From assembly GCA_977017645.1 (NCBI GenBank), contig OZ360247.1, positions 33,480,001 to 33,544,000 on the forward strand: a stretch of DNA of 64,000 nucleotides. The letters run 5' to 3'. Origin of the DNA: Torpedo marmorata (Eukaryota). Below are positions 1 to 14,102 of this stretch, piece by piece (the stretch's first letter is position 1; the number at the start of each line of letters is the position of its first letter). The position numbers and the translations under genes are program-made. The notes under the pieces are model-generated. The model saw nothing but the letters and a program-made list of their open reading frames with translations, was not told the DNA's origin and did not search any database.

Positions 1-135
1 TTCTTCCCGTGTCTGCTTGGGTTTCCTCCGGGTGCTCCGGTTTCCTCCCACCCTTCAAAAACGTACCGGGGTTGTAGGTCAATTGGGTGTAATTGGGCAG
101 CACGGGTTTGTGGGCCGAAAGGGCCTGTTATGGTG
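1..135 (+). mobile_element. V-SINE (HE1-like) 3' part, cut by the window edge
   Basis: V-domain GTGTCTGCTTGGGTTTCCTCCGGGTGCTCCGGTTTCCTCCCA followed by CR1-like tail GGGCCGAAAGGGCCTG. Confidence 0.85.
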
Positions 136-1944
136 TAACCTAAAATATTAACATAGTTTCTCTCTCCACAAATGATGTCTAACCTGTTGAATGATCATGA
201 CATTTTCAGATTTTCAGCATCTGAACTATTTTGCTTTTGCTACTTAATATCTTAAGCTGGAATTTCCTTGAGTATTTCCTGAATGGCCATCTTAAGTATA
301 AATCTCAGAGAAATGGCTTGCATCTGCTCTTCTGCTGAGGTTGCAGCACTGATTAGAGAAACCGTAGTTAATTTTAAAATTAATGTTATAAACTCGCTTG
401 TGTTAAGTTGAAGCCACCTTCCCATCTGTGTCCAAATTGATCACCCTGCAAGTCCAGGAGGCTTGAAGAAATTTGCTGCAAACAAAGCCATTAAAGTTGA
501 TTGAACTATTTGGCATTTTCTTTTGATATACCGGTAATTAAAACAATTGCTCTTGTGGTGTTAAAGGGAGTTACAGGGCACTTCACAGGTTCGAAGCAGA
601 GTCATCATTTTGCAGGAATTATCAGATGAAGGCATGTCTTTCATGAAGACTAACTGTATGAGATGAAATAGTTAAGAAGAGAGTTCCAGCCATCAAATTA
701 TGATTGATAGACCGATTTAGTGACAAGATGCAAGTTGATTAGTTCAGAGCTGCGTTCGATATCATTATACACTTCACCTTCCCATAATTTTTTCACTTCT
801 CATGATTCTTTTTTAAACAAGGATTCATTTATGCTTCTCTTGAATTCGATAACATATTCTGTTGTGCTTCTCATTTAAATTTAATGGAGAATAAAGCTCA
901 AATTTGTCTAGTTCTGCTATTTTGTTTTCCCTCTGGAGAACCAGAATTTCAGTGTTGGGCTGTTTTTGTTTAGAAGCAGGCCAGAACTGTGCCACATTCA
1001 TATAGTAACTACAGATCATTCTTGTTTGAGGTTAAAATTTGAGTGCATTTTGAATTGAGCAAGTAGTAAGAAAGTATCTCAAATAGATTGCCCTACATTT
1101 GGGTTTCATACCAATTGCAATATGAATCAATCTAACATCAATATCTTGCCATTATGTTTATGATGTTACCACATAAGCATTAGAGTGTTGACATCCAAGC
1201 ATTCCAGGCAAGTAGTTCAGTGATGCAGTGATCACAGTGCCAGAGATCCCAGATCAATCCCAATGACGTGCAGGTTGCTCGGAATATTGGCCATTGTAAG
1301 TCGTCCCGAATGTGTAGGTGAGTGTTAGAATTTGGGGGAGGGGGGAAGAGTTGAGGGGAATGTAGGGATAATACAAAACAGTGATTAATATCAAAATGGG
1401 TGGAAGGGGGGGGGGCGGGGGAGTTAATGGGTGGTTAACAGTTTTGGTGGCCTGTTTCAGTGATGTATCCTTCTATGATTATATGACTATGATTTTAGGA
1501 CGGAGGAAAATTAATCCCTGAGGTGGTCCTTTCCTATTTACTGTCACTCTTGGCATTCTCCCTCTTTGATATTTGGCCTGTCTTATTTAAACGCCATGCT
1601 AATGAGAAAGGTACAGAATATCAATGTATTATGCTTCATTAATATCCTGGCAAGCTGAACCTCTCTGACATACTGTGTTGATCAGAAGATAATGTTAGTT
1701 CAATTTTAAAAACTTTAAAGGTCAGCACAAATTTAAAATTAATTAGAAATGTCACTCACTTTTTCAGCAGCTGCAGAAGATCTGCTTGTGCTCTATTGCT
1801 CTGGGAACCTGAATCATTTGACATTCTTTCTTCCTGACCTAAGGTTATTCTGCTTTCCATGGTAGTTGCCTACTTAGTACTGATTGATATTACTTTAACG
1901 ATGGCAGAAAATTATAGCTGTTAAAGTGAGGACAAGGCAAGTTT

Positions 1945-2595
1945 AATAGGATAGTTAAGAAGACCTACGGGATGCTGGGCTTCATTAGTCCGGGGATTGA
2001 GTTCAACAGTCGAGATGTCATGTGGCAGCTCTATAAATCTTTGGTGAGACCACACTAGTATTGTGTTCAGTTCTGGTCATCTCATTATAGGAAGGATGTG
2101 GAGGCTATGGAGAGAGTGCAGAGGAAATTTACCAGGATGTTGCCTGGATTGGAAAATAAGTCTTACGAGGCAAGGTTAGCAGAGCTGGGGCTTTTCCCTT
2201 TGGAGCGAAGAAGGATGAGAGGTGTTTGATAGAGGTCTACAAGATTATGAGAGGCACAGATAAGGTAGACTGCCAGTGCTTTTTTCCCAGGGCGGGAGTA
2301 ACAAACACCAGAGGACATCTGTACAAAGTGAAGGGAGGAAAGTTCAGAGGAGACATCAGGGATGTTTTTACACGAAGAGTTGTGGGTGCCTGGAATGCCT
2401 TGCCAGGGGTGGTTGTGGAGGCTGGTACAATAGGGGCATTTAAGAGACTCTTAGACAGGCACATGAGTGAAAGAAAAATAGAGGGTTATGAGGTAGGGAG
2501 GGTTTAGTTTTTGTTTTTTTTGCAGGTATTTATAGATCGTCACAATATTGTGGGCTGAAAGGCCTGTACTGTGCTATAGTGTTTGCTGTTCTAAG
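1945..2595 (+). mobile_element. CR1-clade LINE 3' fragment
   Basis: Degenerate LVRPHLEYCVQFW...ERVQRKFTRMLPGL...IEVYKIMRG...TRGH...RVVGAWNALP, then the CR1 tail GGGCTGAAAGGCCTG. Confidence 0.9.
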
Positions 2596-3864
2596 GCTGA
2601 TTGGGAAAAATCACCTTGGCCAATGTTTTTGCCTTTTGCTTGAGAAATTAACTGGTTACAAATAATGATGACGGACAAGGGAAGTCAGTCAGAACAGAAC
2701 ATAGAAGGATAACTGATGGCTCGGGATTGAAAATAAATGTAGTGCAATACCACATAAACATATAGTGACTTCAATCCAACAAATAGTCACTTGGAGGCTA
2801 GGTGAGACACTTGTTCTTGACGCGTTTCAATTAATTTACTAACAAGTCCAATAGGTTCAAAAAATCTTTATTTACACACGTGACTTGTAGCAATCTTCAG
2901 TGACTTAAATATCTTCTTTAAACGAAATATAAACAATTCTTGATAATGATGCTTAATAAATTCCTTTAAACGATTCCTTTAAACGTCCTTTAAATGGCTC
3001 CTTTAAATGTCTTGAAACGTGGCTTTAAATGTTCAATGAAACGATCAATGAAAGATATGGCGATCTCACTCACTCTCCTCTGTCGCCATCTTTTTCTATA
3101 CTTTCTTCCCCGATTCGCGCATGCTCACTGCGCATACCACACCGCGCATACTCCACCGCGTACACTCCACCGCGTATACTGCCGCCACTTCCCAACTGCG
3201 CATGCTCCAGCCACTTCCCCACTGCGCATGTGCCCGTCGGCACTCCCGCGCATGCGCAGAGCACTAAATAGGCCCAGCACGGCCCACCAACCTCCGCGTC
3301 TCCTCCGAAACCCGCCGAGACCATCGGAGCGCCGCGACTAAGGTAAGTAACCAAGCCTACGGCTCTTACACCGCAGTATTGCTACTTTCTTTGGAGTAAA
3401 TGCAAGATATCCCATGTGATGGAGCTTTGCTGGAAGAATTTTCATGACCTCTGAAGATGTGTCCAGGTGAGTTACAGACCAGTGAAAAGACTGCTCTGTT
3501 CATGTGGGCAATGACATCCTATCTCCATGCCCTTGTTTTCTTTCACTAAGGCTAAGTTAGCAATATCTGAAGACGTGATGTGAAATCTGACAGATTGATG
3601 TGTTTGTTCTGTTTTAGGGATCTGGGTATTACAGGTAAAGCTTGCATTAATTGTCCATCTTCATTTGCCCTTGAGAAGGTAGTGATGTACCAGCATCTGA
3701 CTAGCGATAGTACTCTTCACATCCAAAAACCACAGTGTTTGCACCGAACATGCTTGCTTCTACTAGCATTAAGAAAGAATATTCATGGATCCCCTTTCCT
3801 TGGAGAGCAACACCAAAATATTGGAATCAAAACATCCAGTCTATTGGTCAGATAAAGACCAATA

Positions 3865-5020
3865 TTCAAGTTCAAGTTTATTGTCATCCGATTGCACAAG
3901 TACAACCCAATGAAACAGCGTTCTCTGGTCCTCGGTGCAAAAACATGCAGATACACAACCAGAATTAACACACATACAGGGCAAATACTATATATACTCG
4001 TGTAAAAGTCGATCTCATGTAAAAGTCGACCCTCTATTTTTAGCTGAAAAAAATCTGGAATTTTCCATCTATCTCGTGTAAAAGTCGACCCTAGTCTCTC
4101 ACCTCAGCCCCAGCCCCGTAGGCCGGAGCTCCCGACACCTCGAATGCGGACTCTCACTTTAGCCCCGGCCGCCCGCCTATTGGAGCTCCCGACGCCTTGA
4201 ACGTGGACTCTCGCCTCGGCCCTGGAAGCCCGCCCATCGGAGCTCCCAACGCCTCGAACGCGCACTCTCTCCTCAGTCCCAGCCACCCACCCATCGAAAC
4301 TCCCGACGCCTCCGACAACGCAGATACTTACTGCTGTCCTGACCTCCGCCATGGTATGACATGTCTTTTGATATACAGATTCTGTATTATTACTTTAATT
4401 TGTGTTTTTGTTCTTTATTCTTTTAGAGATCATTTGGATTTCTGCTACTGATATAGTATTTTGGATCCTAGTATGAATTTCAGCCCCTCAAAAGTAATAT
4501 CAATGAAGTAGTTGACCCCATAACTTTAACAATAAAAAATGGTCTGCAAAATTCGACTTTTACACGAGTATATACGATATACGTGTATAAAAATAAGTAA
4601 GTAAATATTGTTTAGTAAATATTAGAGACTTGGATGGTTCGTGTGAGCAGTTCCTTTGGTCGTTCAGCATTCTCACTGCCCGTGGGAAGAAGCTGTCCCT
4701 CAGCCTGGTGGTGCTGGCTCTGATACTCCTGTATCTCTTCCCCGACAGGAGCAGATGAAAGATGCTGTGTGCAGGGTGGTAGGGGTCCTCAACAATTTTG
4801 CGTGCCCACTTCAGATAACGATCCCAGTAGATCACGTCAATGGGTGTGAGAGAGACCCCAGTGGACTGCCACTCTTATGGTCCTGTGGATTGACCTTCAT
4901 TCCAATTCTCTGCAGCAACCATACCACACTGATGCAGCCGGCCAGGACGCTCTCGATGGAGCTCCTGTAGATGGTTGACATGATGGTGGCCAGTAGCCTT
5001 ACCCGCCTCAGTCTTCTCAC
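3865..5020 (-). mobile_element. Rex1/Babar-like LINE 3' fragment, interrupted by a MITE
   Basis: IYRSSIESVLAGCISVV...PYHPAHSIFHLLLSGKRYRSIRASTTRLRDSFFPRAVRMLN. Tail GACAATAAACTTGAACTTGAA at the left end. Confidence 0.85.
3988..4577. mobile_element. Tc1/mariner-pogo-type MITE with internal GC-rich ~57-bp tandem repeats
   Basis: TIRs TATATACTCGTGTAAAAGTCGA / TCGACTTTTACACGAGTATATA flanked by TA. Internal repeats of GGAGCTCCCGACGCCTCGAACGCGGACTCTC. Confidence 0.8.
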
Positions 5021-7703
5021 ATATATCACAAACAGAGAGAGATCATGCAATTTTTGACTTTGACAAGTTTAATGCATTAAGCAGAAATTATTTGTTTCTC
5101 ATTTCAAAAACCCATTTACAGCCATGAAATGTATTCTTCTGTTCACTTGCCAAAGAATCTGCTACAGCACTTGGAATCAAATCGAGAAAGCAAGCAAGTA
5201 TTTCATGGAGAATTAACAGTGGTGCAGAGGTTGGCAGGGGTTTTGCAGATGGGAAATACAAGTGGTAACCATAAAACTAGATTAGTGCTTTGCAATAACT
5301 TGCAGATGGAATTTAAAGCTTTGGTTCACTCAGGCTTTTATAAGTATTTGTGCACTGGTCAACATAATTTCATTTAAAAACAAGAACTAAGATAATCAAC
5401 ACCTTATTTAGTGCTCAGCATAATTGTCTGTATAAGTGCTGTTCATTCATATTAAGAAATATAAACATGAAAATTGGGCTTGTCAAATTAGAAGATAATC
5501 ATTTAATACATTTGTACATAAGCTTTCTGCCCACTATATTACAGAAGACGTTTAATGCTATTGGCTGATTTCAACAGCAGAGAGAGGAGTGTAGAAGGAG
5601 ATTAAGCATTTACATCCTCAGTAACCTCTACGCACAAGGTCACAGGATGCATTTTTCTCTGCTGCATGAGCTCCTGAATTTTGAGCTCATGAGTACTACT
5701 TGTATATAGCAGCTGTGTTTAAAAGCCCCTTGCCAGTTGGAGCTTGATCATATAATTGACTTTGTTAATTTTAGTGACAACCTTACCAGCTCTACTCCTG
5801 ACCATTCCGGAGATCTTGTCCTTGCCCTATAGCTCTCCATTTGCATCTGATGGATGTTTGAGGTAATTACTGCCACTGTATCAACAGTTGTGGAGATGCT
5901 ACATAGTGGATGCTACATTGTGGAAGCCATTTGGCCTTGAAGATTCTTGAAGGTTGCCATTTCTCTGCCTGTCTAAGTGTTCAAAACTTATTTTCAGCAT
6001 TTCCAATAAAATGTCTACGCAATTATCTTTGTTTGCAACATCTTGATTAAATGAGATAACAAAGATATTGTTGCCTTTCCAAATGGTCATGGGAACCTCA
6101 GCCATTGGCGTTTGTATTGGAAATTCCAGAGTGTACTGCTTGCGTTATTCCAGGCAATACATAGCCAAATTATCAAGTTACACTGTATTATACAGTGGGA
6201 AGTGGTGGTAATTCTCCAAAATCACAGTAATGGGGGTTTGTAAAGTCAATTCTAATTAATTTGACCTATACTCGTAGAATCATAGATGATGCTTGTTGAA
6301 AACCTTGGCCCTTTCAAAGTTTAGAAATAATTGGAAGTAACATGCTGAGCTCATTTGGAAACAATTGCTAAAACTGGCATTTGGGTAAGCCAAGAGATTC
6401 AGCTGTTTGTATCTCAACAATTGTTGGCAACTGACACTTTTCACCAACTTTCTCAGTATTCCTCTGTGGTATACACACAATTTAAAAAAGCTTTAATAGC
6501 CTTGAAGAATTAATTTTATTCTGCTATTGGAAAGATTTGTGTTTTTTAGCTGTGCTGTTGAGAAAAATCCAGTTTTAGATTAATTATTTTGGATTACAAA
6601 TTGGTAAATTAGCTGAAAAGCCTTACATATTGGAAGCAATCTACAGTATGTGCTGGTTAACGTAAACATAGTTTATCAATAGTTGCATGGGTGTAACTAT
6701 TTAAATTAAGCTTCAGTAAATTGAAATAATGACTATATGCTAAAGTTTTGATATTTTCTGAAATGAATTGAGGTATGGTAGAGAAAGGACAAATAAGATA
6801 ATGGTTTATTTGCAGGACAAAAGAATTTAAATACATACTGAGTCTTCAAACTCCTGGTGAAGACTGAATATTCTAGTCATTATTATATTATTACAAAGCA
6901 GGCACACCACATGACCCCACTGTTCAACACGACCAGAAAGGTAAATTGATGTGTTCATGTGTAAAGATACACTGCACATGGACTCCCTTCAAAAGCCTTG
7001 GCACCTAATTGGTGTGGACATTCTCTATGCAACATTCCTTTTAGTTATTGTCGGGGAACTTGAACCACATTGTCCCAGGATTGCTCATCAATTGTCCTTC
7101 CTGGGACAACCTGATCTTCCCAGCAGTGTGTGGCATGGGGATACCTCCAGGGAAAGTAAATTGTATGCCTAACCTTCATCCTCTTGGCCCCCTCTAAACC
7201 TCCTGCACTACATTGACCCTGCAACTATTTTCCCAGGTATGGTTCTAATGGTCTAACCACATAATTTCAATGGCTGGAATCAGTTTCTACCATTTTGTAA
7301 ATAAATTTAAATGTAAACAATGTCATCTGTAGTCCTGATCTGAGGAAGAACTTTTTCACTCTGAAACGCACTGCCTGAGAGGGAGGTGCAGGCAGGTCTT
7401 CCCAAACTGTTTAAGAAATATCTAGACAAGTCCTGGAAACGCCAAGACAAAATGCTGAGAGCCAAGTGCTGGTAAATAGGATTAGTATAGATGGTCAGCA
7501 TAGACACGGTGGGCCAAATGGCCTTTTTCATTGCTCTATGAGAAACAAGTATCGAGCAAGATGTAAGATATAACCAGTGCTATAACATCCAAGATGGATT
7601 TCTAACCTTTTGTGTTCATTTGCTGTCAATAATTAAGCTGGATTAGAAACTCTATTGCAACCACTCTCATGAATTGAGCAGGTGTTCATCTCTGTACACA
7701 TAG

Positions 7704-7820
7704 GAGTCAACACTGAGTGAAGACACAAGCCCTCGAAGTGGAAGCCCCAGAACTCTAAGTAGCTCAACTGCCATCTCACAAGCTGTAACCACACATACAT
7801 TGTCTCTGTCCTCTGATGAA
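7704..7820 (+). CDS. SAMD14: SAMD14 internal coding exon (ESTLSEDTSPRSGSP...HTLSLSSDE)
   Basis: Preceded by acceptor ...acacatag and followed by gtaagt. 117 nt, phase 0/0. The peptide resembles the ESTLS...HTLSQSSDE segment upstream of the SAM domain as I recall it in mammalian SAMD14. Confidence 0.85.
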
Positions 7821-8371
7821 GTAAGTGTTTACAATGTCAATGATCACTGATACTTCAGTTCAAGTTCACATGATTTTGACTGATTTTTTTATGCCATCTT
7901 GCCCTTCTTGATCTGTCTCTTTTGGGTTAGCTTCTACCCTCTAAATCTACTCTGAAGGGCCATTGAACCAATCAAGCCTTTGTTTCCCTACTGGTGTGAT
8001 TTTACCAAAATCTCCACAAAGGAGAAATTTAGTCTTCAGTGTGGCAAAGCCATGCAGCAGCAAAATGTTATTGAAGCTCAGGCTCATTCTGACTTCACCT
8101 AGCAGTCAAACACATGTGCTTCATTGGAATATTAATAGAATCATTATCCATGGATGAGTTTTCCCTTATCCTAGCACAGAGAAGCATATCAACATCTACT
8201 AGAGACACAGGAGACTGCAGATGTTAGAATCAACCCACTCCACCTTGTATGGCACATCTTCCTCCACCTCACCCCTTTGTTTGTCTTAGCTCCCTTTGTC
8301 TAGCATTCTGCCAATCTGCTGCCTCTGTGCACCATGTTTCACCTCCACCTGGTTTACTAATCTGATATGGT

Positions 8372-8920
8372 CAAGTCAAGTTTATTGTCACCTGATTGCA
8401 CAAGTACAACCCGATGAGACAGCATTCTCCGGTCCTCAGTGCAAAACACGCAGACACACAACCAGACATAACACATGTACAAACAATACATATGCAGGAC
8501 AAGTATTCATATATACAAATAAATACATATTGTTTCGTGAATATGAGAGTCTCGGATGGTTAGTGTGAGCAGTTCCTTTGGTCGTTCAGCATTCTCACTG
8601 CCCGTGGGAAGAAGCTGTTTCTCAGCCTGGTGGTGCTGGTTCTGATACTCCTGTATCTCTTCCTGACAGGAGTAGCTGAAAGATGCTGTGTGCGGGGTGG
8701 TAGGGGTCCTCAATAATTTTGCGCGCCCTCTTCAGACAACGATCCCAGCCAATAGGTCACGTTGATGGGAGGGGGAGGGAGTATCCAGTGATCCTCTCTG
8801 CCACTCATGATCCTGTGGATTGACCTCCGATCCATTTCTCTGTAGCAACCGTACCACATTGTGATGCAGCCGGCCAGGACGCTCTCGATACAGCTCCTGT
8901 AGAAAGTTGACATGATGGTG
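8372..8920 (-). mobile_element. Rex1/Babar-like LINE 3' fragment
   Basis: FYRSCIESVLAGCITMWYG. Same 3' UTR and tail as the 3865-5020 copy. Confidence 0.85.
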
Positions 8921-10814
8921 ACCCCCCTGTCCCTCCCCTTCCCCCTCCCACACTGTCCTCTTTACACTGGCTTCTCTACTACATTCCCCTAGTTTTGGCT
9001 CAAAACAATGCCTGTTCTATTTCTCCCACTGATGCTGCTTGACCCATCTACAGTAAGTGTGTTTACCATCACATCTACTCTGGCTGAGACGAGCGTGGGA
9101 CACTTGGAGTGAGGTGCAACCCTGAGCCATTTTAGTTTGCTGTCATAATTTATAGTTTGCAGAATAAAAATCTTTCATTTTATTGCACATCTGATGGAAT
9201 TATTTATTCTCAGCTGTCCAACTTCATTTATATTTGTGTTCCCATTTATATAAACCCTGAACTGCCATGAATCAGCTATTTGTCACAGATTCATTACAAC
9301 TGAAAGGGAATATTCTGGCCAATTGTGCAAGAGCCTACTTTTACCTTTCATTGTTATGATGGGCTAGACATGGGTGAGCTTCCAGCTAACATTACAATAA
9401 TTCCCTCCAACTTTCCCATCTGAGGACTATATTTGTGCTTGGTTACTGTTACAGAAGCAGTGGCAATGTTGCTTGTCTTCCAAAATGATCCCAGCATTGA
9501 CCATCAACAAAATAATCAAACATGGGATCAGGATATTAAAATTAAGTTAAAACCTCTCCCCATCTTTATTCCAAGTATGTGCAAGAGAGTGAGGAATACC
9601 ACAGGAATATTATTCAGCAATACGGCTCCTGGCTGATTTTTCTGCTCCACAGTTTGGCGGATGTAGGAACAATTATAGATGACCACATTTCCTCATTGAG
9701 GCATCGGGAAATAAGATGATATTGACAGCAATTTAAGGTGTTCAGAAATCTTTTAAATATATGTAAATAAAACATGTTTGCGATTTGTGTTTAAAAAAAG
9801 TTGAATCATAACATGAGAGCTTTATTCGACTTGTTGATTAATGTGAAGCCTTTCTTGTCACTTCTTCAATCTTCCAGATATAGAGATTAATGGCAACATT
9901 TGCATTTCACATAACTGAGGCCATAAAGACTGTTATTGCTTACAGGCCATGAGGAAGCTAAATTGACACCATTAACAATAGCCTCCAGCTCACAAGATGT
10001 CTGCCAAATTGCTAGGAAAGGAATGTTTTGCTTGTTAAACTACATTATTTTTTTTCACTTTTCTGAAGCGTAACTTCTCCCCCAAAATATCTCACCTTCA
10101 ATTCCTTCTGCAGAGAAGCTCCAGGAGAGATCTGAATAGACTGAGTGAATGGGCAAAGACATTAAGGACAGAATATAATGTAGCAAAATGTGAGGTCATT
10201 TAATTTGGTTAAAAAAATCTACAGAAGCATAGTACTTTGCGGATAGTGTGAGACTGGAAAGTATTGGTGTTCAGAGGCACCCGGATGTCCTCATTTGAAA
10301 TAGCCGAAGTTTACAGCATGAGATGGGGAAGGCTAATGATACGTTGTCTTCATTACAAGAGTACTTGAGTCTGAGTAGAGGGATCTTACTGAAATTATGT
10401 CAGGCCCTGGTGAAACTGCACCTGGAATACTGTCATACAGGAGGAAATAGGCCCTTCAGCCTTCTGTGTCAACCATCAAACACCAATTTACACTAATTCT
10501 GGACCAATCATTTTTCGTTTATTTTCCCCACTTTCTCACCAACTCTTAGATTCTTGTACTGGCATACACTCTAGGGATCATTTATAATGGCCAATTAATC
10601 TAATAACCTGCACATCATTGGGTTGTGAGAAGAAACCGGAGCATCTGGAAGAATCCGGCATGGTTACAGGGCGAACGTCCATACTTCACACCAACAAGAC
10701 TGGAGATCAGGAATAAACCCAAGTTACTGGAATTGTAAGGTAGCAGTTCTCAACAGATTTATTACCCTCGCCTGAAGAGGGATATACTTGTAACAGAGGG
10801 AGTGCAATAGAAGT

Positions 10815-11478
10815 TCATAGTACAGTACATAGAAATCTGCAGCACAGTACAGTCCCTTCAGCCCATTGTGCTGACCTAATAACTGCCTGGAATTTCCCTA
10901 CTCCATAACCCTCCATTTTTCTCAGTTTTATGTATCTATCTAGTAGCCTCATAAAATATCCTATTGTACCTGCCTCCACCACCGCAGCTGGCAGCGCATT
11001 CCATGCACCCACCACTCTCTGTGTAAAAAAAACATACCTCTTATATCCTTCCTGTACTTGCTCCCAAGCATCGTAAAATTATGCCCCCTCATGTTTGCCA
11101 TTTCAGGTCTGGAAAAAAAGCCTTTGGCTATCCACACAATCAATGCCCCTCATCATCTTATACACCTCTATCAGGTCAACCCTCGTCCTCCATTGCTCCA
11201 AGGAGAAAAGACCAAGTTCCCTCAACCTATCCTCATAGGCCATACTCTCCAATCCAAGCAACATCCTTGTAAATCTCCTCTGCACTCTCTCTATAGCATT
11301 CACATCCTTCCTACAGTGAGGTGATCAGAACTGAACACAATATTCCAAGTGGGGACTCACCAAGGTCTTGTATAGCTGCAACATTACGTCGCGGTTAATG
11401 AGGCCAACACATCATACGCCTTCTTAACAACACTGTCAAACTGTGCAGCAGCTTTGAGTGTTCTATGGACACGGGCCC
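10815..11478 (-). mobile_element. CR1-clade LINE 3' fragment nested in an older + strand CR1 (about 10110-11880)
   Basis: AIERVQRRFTRMLLGL...DLIEVYKMMRGID...VVGAWNALP. Confidence 0.88.
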
Positions 11479-12746
11479 CTGATCAAATTCTGTCATCAGA
11501 GGAGATGTGAAGAAGATTAGACCCGTACTCTGCCATGTTTAGAAGACTGAATTATGATCTAATTCAAACATAAACCATTGTTACAATGCTTGACAGGGTA
11601 TATGCAGAGATTGTTTTCTTCCTGCCTGGGGTGTACAGAACTAGAGGTCACAATCGTAAAATAAGAGATTAGCCATACAGGACAAGATGAGAAGAAATTT
11701 ATTCACACAGGGGTCAATTAATCTTTGGAATCCTCTATCTAAGCAGAGAGTGGAGGCTCAATAATTGAATATACTCAAAGCAGAGATTGATAGATTTTCA
11801 GATAATAAGGAAATCAAAAGATATAGGGAAAGTGACACTGAGATAAAAGACCAGCCATGATCTAATTGAATGGCCTGTTTCCAGAAGTGTCCTGTGGCGT
11901 TCGCAGAGAATCACAAAATGAGATGCAAATTCTCGTTGTTATGTTTCACTCCACCTAAGGTGCATTTTCAATCATACAGCACTGAACTAAACTAAAGCTA
12001 CATTGTTGAATTGATTTAATATTGATGAGGAATATTTTGCTGGTATAAAATTAAAGCACAATGGTATCTAGGATCAAATGAAGAGAAACCAGCTTCAGTG
12101 AAGAAAGAATCCATTTCAGTTTCATGTTGGATTGAGTTCATAGCATTCCACTTATGCTGCACTTAGTAAATACAGAACCTGTTGAATGCATCAAGAGATC
12201 TGGAATACCAGTCTGTTCAGAAGTCAATAGGCTAGAATTATTGTGCATCCAAAATACTTCTATTAAATGGATGGTGCAGAAGAGTGATTCAGCCATAAGG
12301 CTTGTGCACTCATTGACCACTGGAAGGTTGTTGCATTTTTCACCATGGAAAATGTGCACCCTGGACCAAGTCAAGGAGCAGGGAAGAGCTGGAGTGGAAG
12401 TTGAGTTAGGGGTAGGGCCATTGGCTGGAGGATAAAGATCGAGCCAAGGATCAGAATTTGGAGCGAAGAGAATCAATGCAGATGATGGGGACTGGGATCA
12501 GGGGTGGAGTTCAGGTGAATGATGGGGACTTTGTGGAGATTGGGATACTTATGGTGGGTACCCCATCATGCATTTCACAAATGCTCTTTTTTATCAAACA
12601 TTTAATTTCTGAACAAAATTCATTAGGAAGTCATTAAATATTTGTTGGAATGTGCTTTTAAAGTCTCTTTTTGCATGACATTCAAACAGAATGTTGTTTT
12701 AATGTAATTTAAAATGCTCTAAATGAACATGAATTTCATTCACCAG

Positions 12747-12908
12747 TTTCTTGATGAAGGACAGCCATACTGCTTTGTTTCAACTTGGACCACATCGCAA
12801 GTCTGCCATTGGCTAGTTGGGTTGAGCATGGAACACTATGTATCAGAATTCACGGCTGGGAACATTGATGGTGAACAATTGTTGCACTTGGATGGAGGTA
12901 AACTGAAG
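12747..12908 (+). CDS. SAMD14: SAMD14 SAM-domain exon (FLDEGQPYCFVSTWTTSQVCHWLVGLSMEHYVSEFTAGNIDGEQLLHLDGGKLK)
   Basis: Flanked by caccag acceptor and gtaaga donor. 162 nt, phase 0/0. Has the SAM pattern W-x4-V-x2-WL...Y...F...IDG-x2-LL-x-L of the neurabin/SAMD14 type. Confidence 0.92.
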
Positions 12909-12962
12909 GTAAGATTTGGAGTGCAAAGGTGAAGTCTGACCTTTGATAACTAGGTTGCATAA

Positions 12963-13100
12963 AGTAAAAACCCAATGCTGGAGAAACTCAGCAGGTCAAA
13001 CAGTGTCCTTTATATAGCAAAGATAAAGATACATAACCGACATTTTGGGCTTGAGCCCTTCATCAAGGCATTTTGATGAAGGGCTCAAGCTGGAAAAGCT
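12963..13100. mobile_element. Short Penelope-derived inverted-repeat element with hammerhead-like motifs
   Basis: Family terminus ATGCTGGAGAAACTCAGC. Inverted core GAGCCCTTCATCAA / TTGATGAAGGGCTC. Confidence 0.7.
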
Positions 13101-13952
13101 TGAAATACAACTACAGTAAGATCTCCCTGCTTCTACCTTTGAAACTTTTGCTATAAAGGCCAACATGCTGTTTGCTTTCTTCACCATCTGCAGTATCTGA
13201 GTTCCAATCTTCAATGACTCGTGTACCAGGTCTCATTTCACCTCCCCTTTTCCCAATTTCCCATTCACATAATAAACTGCCTTCCCATTATTGCCACCAA
13301 AATGGATAACCTTACATTTATCTACATTATACTGCATCTGTCGTGCATTTGCCCACTCTCTTTAATATGTCGAAGTCACTCTGCAGCCTCTTGTAATCTT
13401 CCTCACAGTTCACACTATCAAAGTGTGCACAGGCCTCAATTAAAGTCTGAAAGCCTTGAGATATGAGAATTTTTTGGAGAAGTTCAAACTCTTCAAAGCA
13501 GGAAGAAGGAATTAAAGAGAGTGCCCCACTGAAGTAAAAAATATGCCCAGAGTCAAACTAGACTATTACTTTCAGTTAATTCAAACAAGAAAGGATTGTG
13601 AGCAAAGATATAATAATTACAATCTAAATGACAACTTATTATGCACAGTGATAAATGTTTGGAATAGGAATTCATAGATCCACTAAAATAAATCACTTCA
13701 ATCCTCTAGCAAGTCCTATTGAGGAGTTTTACTCTGGGGCATTATCCCAAAAAAGATTAGAACCTTTTAAAAATGCATTTAGATACTGTGACAAAAAAAA
13801 TTATGGTAATGGTGGGATTAGCTGCAAGACCTTCATTTAGTCTCTGGCTTTTCTATATGTCCTCGGCTTTACTGGACTTAAAGACTGCAATAATTCAGAG
13901 GATCATAATATGCCAGAAACCGTTTTGAGGATTATTTTGTTTCCCTGTACAG

Positions 13953-14102
13953 GCTTTGGGTGTTGTCAACTCACAGGATCGGGCCACTATCAAAAAGAAA
14001 ATCAAAGACATGAACACAGCAGCTGAAAAAGAAAGAAAGGCTTTGGAAAAGCTAGAAAAACAGAAGAGAAAAGAACAGGAACAACTGCAGAAAAAAAGTT
14101 AA
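13953..14102 (+). CDS. SAMD14: SAMD14 terminal coding exon (ALGVVNSQDRATIKKKIKDMNTAAEKERKALEKLEKQKRKEQEQLQKKS*)
   Basis: Polypyrimidine tract plus tacag acceptor, in frame with the previous exon, TAA at 14100-14102. The AAEKERKA...EQE...KKS ending fits SAMD14 better than PPP1R9A. Confidence 0.9.
   Translation, partial: ALGVVNSQDRATIKKKIKDMNTAAEKERKALEKLEKQKRKEQEQLQKKS

Noticed and set aside
4120-4320. Regularly spaced repeats reminiscent of a CRISPR array
   Set aside because: The spacers are themselves similar, the context is eukaryotic, and it lies inside a MITE. It is a minisatellite.
5775-5862. Possible extra SAMD14 exon (ttttag...AG|gtaatt) with one open frame
   Set aside because: The peptide (TTLPALLLTIPEILSLP...) is not recognisable and its phase does not join the phase-0 exon at 7704. 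It needs RNA evidence.
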